DNA of 32,000 nt, from positions 1,950,001 to 1,982,000 of the forward strand of contig NC_014537.1 of assembly GCF_000148385.1 (NCBI RefSeq), given 5' to 3'. The notes under the pieces are model-generated. The model saw nothing but the letters and a program-made list of their open reading frames with translations, did not search any database and was not told where the DNA came from. This document shows positions 25,019-32,000 of the stretch, in pieces. The translations under genes and the position numbers were made by a program. Source of the stretch: Vulcanisaeta distributa DSM 14429. GTDB taxonomy: Archaea; Thermoproteota; Thermoprotei; Thermoproteales; Thermocladiaceae. The first letter of the stretch is position 1, and each line of letters starts with the position of its first letter.

Positions 25019-25945
25019 TTGATAAGCATTGTCTTGATGCCGTCAGGAATTGAATATATCAAGTACTTAAGGGAAGTGGCTCAGCATTATGACGTTTTTA
25101 TAGTTGAATCTCCAAATACTGAAAGTGTCAGGCAATACCTAAGTGGTGAAATTAACATCGATCAGTTGCTTTATGACATTGAGTATTTTAATATTGATTA
25201 TACCAGGGAGTTCTATAAGGCATTAAGGGAATTTAATGAATATGGCATTGATGTGATCCCCGTCGATCCGTATAGCGTGATTAGCGTGGGTATAAGGATT
25301 AAGGCCATGCTCCACAACCTTGATTATAAATCCTTGAGCAGTGATGGGAGGTACGTGGCATTTATGGAATTAAAAATAGCCGAGGCGCATAGGGCCTATA
25401 ACTCAGCATTACTTAGGGGAGACTTTGAAGATGCGGTCAGATGGTTAATAAAGTATGCACGACTTGATGCGGAGAGAATAAAGTTTAGGTCTGAGTTAAG
25501 GGCTAGGGAAATAGTGAAGATACTACGTAATTTAGGCAAGCCCCATGACGTGTTAATACACGCTGATCACTACAATGAGGTCCTCGTAAACTACCTAGGC
25601 AAGAAATTGATGTGCATGCCCAGCGTAATAAGGCTTGATGACGTAGCGTGCAAAAGACTGGGGGTAAGGCCCCTGATTCACCCAGGGATTAAGTTAACTA
25701 ACAATTACGTGTATGGAATGCCCATGAATAAGGGTGAGGAGTACCTACTTGCGTCTCGGGCAATGATATATGCATTATTAAAGGCGAGAATTTTTGGGAG
25801 GGTTAATAGGAGAATGCTTGGTGACAAGGCCATATTAATAGATAATTCATTAAAGAGATTAGCATACAGGTTAAGCATTGACGATGCCAAGGATATTTTC
25901 AGAAAGCTAATGATGCCAGGGAGTATATTTAAAGTCAGAGTATAA
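25019..25945 (+). CDS. Hypothetical protein between dsrB and dsrC (orf308)
   Basis: 308-aa ORF with a TTG start at 25019 or ATG at 25037. It is visibly more AT-rich than dsrAB and dsrC. No motif I can name with confidence. Confidence 0.55.
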   Translation: MISIVLMPSGIEYIKYLREVAQHYDVFIVESPNTESVRQYLSGEINIDQLLYDIEYFNIDYTREFYKALREFNEYGIDVIPVDPYSVISVGIRIKAMLHNLDYKSLSSDGRYVAFMELKIAEAHRAYNSALLRGDFEDAVRWLIKYARLDAERIKFRSELRAREIVKILRNLGKPHDVLIHADHYNEVLVNYLGKKLMCMPSVIRLDDVACKRLGVRPLIHPGIKLTNNYVYGMPMNKGEEYLLASRAMIYALLKARIFGRVNRRMLGDKAILIDNSLKRLAYRLSIDDAKDIFRKLMMPGSIFKVRV

Positions 25946-26027
25946 AAAGAACTTATGCAGCGTAGTTACACATATCACGTGAAACAACCTTTTTACAACA
26001 TAACACGTTAATGGGCTTGGTGATAAC

Positions 26028-26363
26028 ATGCCAGTAACCTGTCCAGGGGAATATGAAGTTAATGGGAAGAAGGTAATACTTGATGAGGATTGTTTTTTGC
26101 AGAATCCTGAGGTTTGGGATGAGAGGATTGCTGAGTGGATGGCTAGGAATCTTGAGGGTGTTCAGCAGATGACTGAGAGGCATTGGAGGGTTGTTAGGTA
26201 TCTTAGGCAGTACTGGGAGACCTATGGAGTATGCCCACCAATAAAAATGCTCCTAAAAGAAACAGGAGAAACACTAGAGGGAATCTACGAACTATTCCCA
26301 GACGGACCAGCCCACGGAGCATGCAAAGTAGCAGGAGCACCAAAACCAACAGGATGCGTATAA
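26028..26363 (+). CDS. dsrC: DsrC (TusE/DsrC family) sulfur-relay/electron-accepting protein
   Basis: 111-aa ORF. The C-terminal arm HGACKVAGAPKPTGCV has the two conserved Cys separated by 10 residues, with the penultimate residue Cys. GGTGAT SD lies 4 nt before the ATG. Confidence 0.95.
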   Translation: MPVTCPGEYEVNGKKVILDEDCFLQNPEVWDERIAEWMARNLEGVQQMTERHWRVVRYLRQYWETYGVCPPIKMLLKETGETLEGIYELFPDGPAHGACKVAGAPKPTGCV

Positions 26364-26399
26364 CAAAATGTAAAAATCCCGACTCACTTAAAAACCTCT

Positions 26400-26834
26400 T
26401 CATAATCCACCTGCTTCATTAAATAACTTTTTAACCAATGAGAGAACCTTCTCAGCATCATTAAGTGCTCTCTCAGCATCTATCCTCGTGTACAATTCCT
26501 CAGGAGGTATCCCGCTCTCTTCATCACCATACATCGAGAACTCCCTTTCCTTCCTAAGACTTCTCGATATCGACGCTAATTCATCAATGTGTTCCTGAAA
26601 CCACTCCGGGAATTTACTACGTTCCCTCCTAAGCACTGGACCAACATCATGCCACCTTGGTGGTTCCACACTAACAATTCTCAATGCCGCCTTAAGCAAC
26701 AACTCAACGGCTTCCTGGCACTGCCTAACCACGTATGGGTAATTACCACTGTTTAGCGCCTCCTTTGCATGCTTTATCCTTTCCATAGCCTGGTTAATGT
26801 AGGACTTAGCCATCTCGAGATTATTCAATCTCAA
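26400..26834 (-). CDS. HEPN-domain protein (toxin-like partner of the adjacent nucleotidyltransferase)
   Basis: 144-aa ORF. QCQEAVELLLKAALRIVSVEPPRWHDVGPVL and REFSMYGDEE fit the HEPN pattern. It overlaps the upstream MNT gene by 14 nt. Confidence 0.75.
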   Translation of the reverse strand: MRLNNLEMAKSYINQAMERIKHAKEALNSGNYPYVVRQCQEAVELLLKAALRIVSVEPPRWHDVGPVLRRERSKFPEWFQEHIDELASISRSLRKEREFSMYGDEESGIPPEELYTRIDAERALNDAEKVLSLVKKLFNEAGGL

Positions 26835-27339
26835 TCACCTCGCCAAACCTATAGTCTCTCTTCAAAACCCAATACCAAGCCCTATCACTAACCCAAACCC
26901 TCGTCGCGCCCAACTCCCTTAGCCTGTTAATTATTCTTGTAAGCACCCCCTCAAAAAATCCATCCTTATCATAGACAATCACGGCATCCTCAGTCATGTC
27001 CAGATAAAGCGGTGAGAACCTTTTAGCCTCCTCCCTAGTTTTTATTAATGGGGACAGGGTAATAGCATAGCCTCTATCTAATAATTCATCAAGTAATGAC
27101 TGAACCTCATCCTCAGCCCTCTCAAACATTTTAATCCTATCAGACATGGGTTTCGGCAATTCCTCGAAAATTACCAACATGTCAATATCGCTATCCCTAC
27201 GTTGAACGCCCCTCGCGACACTACCGTAAATAACAAGTGAAACCAGGTTATCACCGTATAGCCTAATCAATGAGTTTAATAGGTTCTGAATGACCGTTCT
27301 ATAGGGCTCCTTAATGAAATCAAGGCCCTTCCTAAACAT
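26821..27339 (-). CDS. Minimal nucleotidyltransferase (MNT) domain protein
   Basis: 172-aa ORF with the classic NTase motif YGSVARGVQRRDSDIDMLV. It is paired with and overlaps the HEPN gene. Confidence 0.8.
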   Translation of the reverse strand: MFRKGLDFIKEPYRTVIQNLLNSLIRLYGDNLVSLVIYGSVARGVQRRDSDIDMLVIFEELPKPMSDRIKMFERAEDEVQSLLDELLDRGYAITLSPLIKTREEAKRFSPLYLDMTEDAVIVYDKDGFFEGVLTRIINRLRELGATRVWVSDRAWYWVLKRDYRFGEVIEIE

Positions 27340-27405
27340 TGAACTAAACCTCTATAACTCATTCATTGAGATAATTTTAACTTAACGCCCTAAAACTAAC
27401 GGAGG

Positions 27406-27663
27406 TTATAAAGACTTATAGACATCCCTGCCCTTATCAGTAATGTGAATTATCGTTGAATAACCAATTATCTCAAGTCTAATTAGGCCCAGGTCCTCAA
27501 GCCTATACAGCACGTCCATGGCATCATTAATGCTGAGACCAGCCACCCTAAGGCGCTCAGAAACCTCCTCAAGTTTAACATTATCCTGACCCTTCTTGTT
27601 ACAGGCATCACCAATAATCCTTAAGACAATTCTCTCCTTATCACCTAATTCTGTAGACATCAT
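27406..27663 (-). CDS. Small winged-helix DNA-binding protein
   Basis: 85-aa ORF. LEEVSERLRVAGLSINDAMDVLYRLEDLGLIRLE looks like a wHTH recognition helix plus wing. It lies upstream of the MNT-HEPN pair on the same strand. Confidence 0.5.
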   Translation of the reverse strand: MMSTELGDKERIVLRIIGDACNKKGQDNVKLEEVSERLRVAGLSINDAMDVLYRLEDLGLIRLEIIGYSTIIHITDKGRDVYKSL

Positions 27664-27833
27664 TTTATTTAATACATAACTTATTAATAAGGATTTTTAT
27701 ATTTAGATCAATTTAACTTAATACACATATTTAATAATGAATAATATTAAATTAATGCGATAATTCAATATAAGAATCAATTCATTATGTCTTCGGCATA
27801 ACCCTTATAAGCTTCATGGAGGTACTCCCATGA

Positions 27834-28679
27834 TTGCCTATGCCATTGAGTAAGGATACTAAGTACATAAAGTCAATAAATGGTAAGGTTTCCGTAATAG
27901 GTATGGGAACGTGGGGTATGGGTGGTGGTTTCTGGTCACCTGACTACTCAAATGACGAGGGTTGGGTCAAGGCACTAAGAAGAGGCATTGAGTTGGGAAT
28001 GACTCTAATCGATACGGCAGAGATGTATGGTGGTGGACATGCAGAGGAACTAGTCGGTAAGGCGATAAAGGGCTTCCCAAGGGAGGAACTGTTCATAGTT
28101 ACTAAGGTTTGGCCGAACCATGCCCGCTATGATGATGTCATTAGATCTGCTAGGGCTAGTAGGGAGAGGTTGGGTACGTACATAGACCTATACCTGCTCC
28201 ATTGGCCTGCCACTGATGTGCCGATTTGCGAGACTATGAAGGCCTTTGAGAAGTTGATAGATGATGGAGTGGTTAGGTTTGTCGGTTTGAGCAATTTCGA
28301 TGTTGAGGGCATTGAGAGGGCTAGGCAATGCTTCAGTAAGTATGACATTGTCGCCGTGGAGAATAGGTATAGTCTCCTCCATAGGGTTGATGAGGCGTCG
28401 GTAATACCATACGTGCAGAGGAATGGAATGCTTTACCTGGCATATACGCCACTTGAGAAGGGCGAGTTCGCCCGTAATGAATTCCTCGGAAGTATTGGTA
28501 GGAAGTATGGTAAGACGGCAATACAGGTCGTGCTTAATTGGTACGTAGGCATTGACAACCTGGTGCCAATACCGAAGGCAGGTAAGGTTGAGCATGTTGA
28601 GGAGAACGCGGGCGCCATGGGCTGGAGACTGAGTAAGGAGGATTGGGACGCAATAAGTACTCACTTCCGTAGGGTTTAA
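27834..28679 (+). CDS. Aldo/keto reductase family oxidoreductase
   Basis: 281-aa ORF. Motifs are GMGTWGMGG, IDTAEMYGGGHAEELVGKA, LYLLHWP and GLSNF. Start is TTG 27834 or ATG 27840. Confidence 0.9.
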   Translation: MPMPLSKDTKYIKSINGKVSVIGMGTWGMGGGFWSPDYSNDEGWVKALRRGIELGMTLIDTAEMYGGGHAEELVGKAIKGFPREELFIVTKVWPNHARYDDVIRSARASRERLGTYIDLYLLHWPATDVPICETMKAFEKLIDDGVVRFVGLSNFDVEGIERARQCFSKYDIVAVENRYSLLHRVDEASVIPYVQRNGMLYLAYTPLEKGEFARNEFLGSIGRKYGKTAIQVVLNWYVGIDNLVPIPKAGKVEHVEENAGAMGWRLSKEDWDAISTHFRRV

Positions 28680-29422
28680 TGATGACAAGGACATTAACAA
28701 TAACCAAGTACGCGGAGGTAATATCACTGGCATTATTAATCGTGAGCTTAATATTACTAGTAGTTCCATTAATTCAAGGCGCCATCATTACGTACACGTG
28801 CATAAACGGTGAGTTAAAAAGCAACACAACATGCATATTTCCTCAGGTAGTTAAAATTAATAATTACGTAATTGGTAACGCACTGGTCTCAATAAACAAT
28901 GGACAACCCGAGAGACTGAGTAATGGGTCAATAATGGCAAGGGAAATCACGTTAATGCCGGCAGTAAACTATGTTAGAATAATTAATGAGTCGCAGGTCA
29001 CGTTTAATATTTATAATCCAATGAGTAAATGGGTTAACATCACACTACCAGGCTCATGTACCCTCACGATAAACGCCACAGTACTTGGCAGTGGTTATGT
29101 ATCAATTACCGTACTAAGCGATAGGAGAGTCATCGACTATACACCATACACATACTCACTATTCATAACGACCCAAGCTGACAATAACTTAGATATACTG
29201 ATTAAACCAGCTGTTCCATTATCATGCCCCTGCATAAATACGATAGTCAATATACTAGTGAATGGTACATGCATTCAACGCAATAACGCCATTGTAACGT
29301 CGATTGCGTACGTTGAGAGTAATAATACGGTTAATAATGCCCATGGCGTGTATGCATTAATACTTATATTGGCTTCATTAATTATGCTTGCGACCTCATT
29401 AATCCTTAGTACTAGGCGGTGA
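28679..29422 (+). CDS. Membrane-anchored extracellular Cys- and Asn-rich protein, function unknown
   Basis: 247-aa ORF. The start overlaps the AKR stop (TAATG). It has N-terminal and C-terminal hydrophobic anchors, many N-x-S/T sequons and several Cys. Confidence 0.5.
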   Translation: MMTRTLTITKYAEVISLALLIVSLILLVVPLIQGAIITYTCINGELKSNTTCIFPQVVKINNYVIGNALVSINNGQPERLSNGSIMAREITLMPAVNYVRIINESQVTFNIYNPMSKWVNITLPGSCTLTINATVLGSGYVSITVLSDRRVIDYTPYTYSLFITTQADNNLDILIKPAVPLSCPCINTIVNILVNGTCIQRNNAIVTSIAYVESNNTVNNAHGVYALILILASLIMLATSLILSTRR

Positions 29423-29468
29423 GCATGGAGCATAAAGCATTTATAATTTGCTAAATAAACCAAGGTTA

Positions 29469-29606
29469 ATGCCTGGGATTAACGAGATAGTTCAGGAGGA
29501 GGCCAAGAGGATTGTGAATAAGTACCTTGAGCAGGTAAATGAGAGAATAAACAAGGCTAGGGAGGAATTATTGAAGAAGATTGAGGAGATAAGAAACATT
29601 AAGTAA
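29469..29606 (+). CDS. Small coiled-coil ORF (45 aa), not in the supplied track
   Basis: Hand translation gives MPGINEIVQEEAKRIVNKYLEQVNERINKAREELLKKIEEIRNIK*. TTTATAA at 29440-29446 is centred about 26 nt before the ATG, a leaderless-type arrangement. Its stop abuts the atpC stop (TAATTA). Confidence 0.3.
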   Translation: MPGINEIVQEEAKRIVNKYLEQVNERINKAREELLKKIEEIRNIK

Positions 29607-30677
29607 TTAGATGGCGGGACCGTAAAGCTTAGCCACGAAGTCCCTCGGTATACCTTCAAGAAACGCGTTTAATAGTGTAATAATTAGTTCGCTTTCAACG
29701 AACTTGAAATGTACGGCAGCCAAGGCGGCGCCTGGTGAGAATTCCGTAAATAGCGATATCATGGAGTTCTCAAGGTCCTTGGCAAACCTATAACTAAATG
29801 AGCCGAGGTATTGAACCAGTAATCTCAGGTCTGAGGAGCCGGCAACTTTAATTAACTGATCCACTGATGGGAATACGGAAGCCACCTCCTCGAGTATTCT
29901 CGTTGGCGATTCACCGTATATCTTCACGGCCGTACCGAACACGGCGCCTGAACGTATTGCCAATTCACTGATTAATTCCTGCGATATGCCCCATAATTTA
30001 CCTCTTAATACCACATTGAGATTGTAGAACTCAACGAGTTCCTTAATGAATTTATTAACTGAGTAATCAATCCTCGCCAATCGCATTAAGTACTCAATGA
30101 ATGCCTTGTCTATGAACGTGTCAAGAAGCATCACACTATACTGAGTATATTGCTTATTAATCCTTAGGAAACTATCAAGTGCAGGGCCTGCTGGGTGTCG
30201 AATCTCTATTAACTTATTGCGCAGGTCCTCTACATCCCTAACACTCATGATCGCAGCCAGCACATGCCTTCTACCAAGTTCCTCCTCCACAGTAACATTA
30301 ATCAAACCCTCCATGGACCCACCACCCTCCAACCCCCTCATTAATGACTTCGCAATTACCTTAACATTCTCAAGCTCAAACCTCATTAAGTATGACTTCA
30401 AGACTGTCGATGCCGGAGACGGCACTGATGATGCCAACGAACTTATCGACTTGATTACGTGAGACCTAACCTCGTTAGTCACTTGGGCCTCATCAACTAT
30501 CTTACCCAACCTCTCAAGGATATCCCCATACTCAGTACCCTTCAGCACGTTCACCGCATCCTCAAGGGTCTGGGCCAGTATCAATGCGTTCAATCTATCC
30601 TTACTCAAGTACCTAGCCCTTAACCCCCTAACCCTAGGTCCAAGCGCGGTTAATTTAATAACGTAATTGCTCGACAT
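29607..30677 (-). CDS. atpC: A-type (A1A0/V-type) ATP synthase subunit C (V-ATPase d homolog)
   Basis: 356-aa ORF. The N-terminus, ALGPRVRGLRARYLSKDRLNALILAQTLEDAVNVLKGTEYGDILE, follows the conserved RVR...L...L..T.YG pattern of archaeal subunit C, and the length is typical. Confidence 0.68.
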   Translation of the reverse strand: MSSNYVIKLTALGPRVRGLRARYLSKDRLNALILAQTLEDAVNVLKGTEYGDILERLGKIVDEAQVTNEVRSHVIKSISSLASSVPSPASTVLKSYLMRFELENVKVIAKSLMRGLEGGGSMEGLINVTVEEELGRRHVLAAIMSVRDVEDLRNKLIEIRHPAGPALDSFLRINKQYTQYSVMLLDTFIDKAFIEYLMRLARIDYSVNKFIKELVEFYNLNVVLRGKLWGISQELISELAIRSGAVFGTAVKIYGESPTRILEEVASVFPSVDQLIKVAGSSDLRLLVQYLGSFSYRFAKDLENSMISLFTEFSPGAALAAVHFKFVESELIITLLNAFLEGIPRDFVAKLYGPAI

Positions 30678-30682
30678 TTCAC

Positions 30683-31000
30683 TTACTCACCGATCAATGC
30701 CTTAATAACCTCATCAACGGTTTTATCAATTGCGTCATTAACTCTCTTCTTAAACTCCTCAACCTCCTTATGCAGTTGTTCCGAATACTTACTCACCTCA
30801 TTCTCAATTTCCCTAGACCTACTCTCCCTATACTCATTAATAATCCTCTTTATGTACTCCTCAACCTCACTTTGAACCTTAACCTTAACCTCGTTTATTA
30901 ACTTAGCAATCTCAGCATCATTACTATCCCTTAACTTATACACCTCATCAACCTTACTATCAACCTTCCTGAGAATTTCATAAATCCGTTCTAAAGACAC
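30683..31000 (-). CDS. Coiled-coil protein, possibly an A-ATPase peripheral-stalk subunit (AtpH-like)
   Basis: 105-aa charged, heptad-like ORF, 5 nt upstream of atpC. The assignment rests on size, composition and position only. Confidence 0.4.
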   Translation of the reverse strand: MSLERIYEILRKVDSKVDEVYKLRDSNDAEIAKLINEVKVKVQSEVEEYIKRIINEYRESRSREIENEVSKYSEQLHKEVEEFKKRVNDAIDKTVDEVIKALIGE

Positions 31001-31138
31001 GATAATGACTCTGCGATAAGGCCCTTAAAAATATTATTGCATCATAATTGATTATGGCGCATTGGTATAAACCGTGGTTTATTATCAATGATAAATAATG
31101 GTAAAGACCTAAAAATATCTTTTTAAAACCCGTGATTA

Positions 31139-31564
31139 ATGGATACGAAGGATGTCGTAAGGGCTTTCAGACTCATAAGCATTGCACTATACGTAGTGAT
31201 AATAATAATAACCGTGGTCTTAGGCACCGTGGCGCTATATCTAGCTGTTAAAGATATTATGTCGTTAATGCCCTTTTCCTCAATATCTGACGTAAAAATA
31301 CTAGGTGCTTTATCTGCGGTATTCCTCGTCGTAATAGCGCTTGAATTTGTTGACATGTTCCTAGAATACATAAAGACGGGTACCGTAGTCGTAGACCTGG
31401 TACTTGCTGTTGTCCTCACGGCGATCTCCAGGGAATTACTGCTCTATATCGCATCACCGGGCGCGTCCTTTGACTATGGCGTATTGTTAGTGGCCAGCAT
31501 ACTGGTGCTTGCACTGGCGTATTGGTTAGTCAGTAGGGCTAAGATGGTGTCACATATTAGTTAA
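31139..31564 (+). CDS. PsiE-like small membrane protein
   Basis: 141-aa ORF with 4 TM segments. LEFVDMFLEYIK and VLTAISRELLLY resemble the PsiE family pattern, from memory. Confidence 0.45.
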   Translation: MDTKDVVRAFRLISIALYVVIIIITVVLGTVALYLAVKDIMSLMPFSSISDVKILGALSAVFLVVIALEFVDMFLEYIKTGTVVVDLVLAVVLTAISRELLLYIASPGASFDYGVLLVASILVLALAYWLVSRAKMVSHIS

Positions 31565-31999
31565 CTCAAGTCTCCTCGGCATTTCAGGCAGTAAATTCCT
31601 AATGCTATAAAGGGTTTCGTACTCATTTATACCAAGTCTTTTCATTATGTTGGTTATGGCATCCTCAAGCACGTCCTTATTAATGCCGTGTATCATGAAG
31701 TAGCAGTTATAGGGCCATGAACCAAGGGTCACCTCCCTAAGCACCACATGCGTGGTTTCCTCAATTAACGCAGCTCTTTCACAGATTTCCGGCGTTGCCT
31801 TGAATACCACCATCGCATTCTCCCTAAATCCCACCTTATCTGAGTCCAGTGTTGCGTAAAAGTCCCTAATCACCCCAACCCTCATTAAATTATTAATTAA
31901 TTTCCTCAGCCCATCAATATCCGTGTTTGCGAGACTTGCTATTTCATTAAAAGGCTCCCTCTCAATGCTTATTGCCCTCAACTTCCTGAAAAACTCCAT
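31550..31999 (-). CDS. Lrp/AsnC-like NirD/AhbA/AhbB family protein (siroheme decarboxylase-like), possibly 5'-truncated by the window edge
   Basis: 149-aa ORF. EPFNEIASLANTDIDGLRKLINNLMRVGVIRDFYATLD, then NAMVVFKA and THVVLREV...WPYNCYFMIHG, fit the NirD/AhbAB pattern. The start is 1 nt from the window end. Confidence 0.55.
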   Translation of the reverse strand: MEFFRKLRAISIEREPFNEIASLANTDIDGLRKLINNLMRVGVIRDFYATLDSDKVGFRENAMVVFKATPEICERAALIEETTHVVLREVTLGSWPYNCYFMIHGINKDVLEDAITNIMKRLGINEYETLYSIRNLLPEMPRRLELTNM

Positions 32000-32000
32000 T

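Noticed and set aside
28127-28769. Several minus-strand ORFs (193, 73, 62 and 61 aa) across the aldo/keto reductase gene
   Set aside because: They overlap one another in different frames, opposite a gene with clear AKR signatures. They are shadow ORFs.
1-32000. Search by eye for tRNA, rRNA, CRISPR repeats, C/D-box sRNAs (TGATGA...CTGA), transposases and integrases
   Set aside because: No convincing candidates were found. The intergenic regions are short and AT-rich, and no spacer shows paired C/D boxes. A covariance-model scan (tRNAscan-SE, Infernal) would be needed to exclude small RNAs.

Overview
This window reads as a crenarchaeal chromosome segment, possibly Thermoproteales such as Caldivirga or Vulcanisaeta. 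That guess is inferred from AT-rich spacers with TATA-like boxes about 25 nt before first-gene starts, GGTGA Shine-Dalgarno motifs at operon-internal genes, and gene content. The core (about 8.2-26.4 kb) is a compact dissimilatory sulfate-reduction island with two divergent arms around 20127-20264. The minus arm runs dsrM-dsrK, a wHTH/Cys-cluster regulator, then a cytochrome-b-like membrane gene-aprB-aprA-sat-orf125, then orf193, a paralogous regulator, and a cobA-like methylase with a cbiA/dsrN-like amidase. The plus arm runs orf171, an SQR-like flavoprotein, a DUF1641-like gene, dsrA-dsrB, orf308 and dsrC. No qmoABC, dsrD or dsrJOP is visible in the window. The flanks hold three tandem TSUP (TauE/SafE) permeases with fused or split DUF1634-like modules, a decayed membrane-gene remnant, and a tandem pair of unknown-function paralogs (one frameshifted) next to a divergent wHTH gene. 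They also hold a HEPN-MNT toxin-antitoxin pair, an aldo/keto reductase, two membrane-anchored glycoproteins, A-type ATPase subunit C with coiled-coil neighbours, a PsiE-like membrane protein and a NirD/AhbAB-like gene at the edge. I could not recognise any rRNA, tRNA, CRISPR array, transposase or integrase. The best leads are listed here. (1) An orphan NarI/DsrM-like membrane protein is translationally coupled to aprBA and could link quinol to APS reductase. (2) A family of wHTH regulators with a C-terminal CxxCxxxC cluster has a shared 19-bp motif upstream of two members. (3) Several uncharacterised ORFs are embedded in or coupled to the sat/apr/dsr operons (orf125, orf193, orf171, orf308). 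(4) The TSUP triplet is a candidate for sulfate or sulfite transport.
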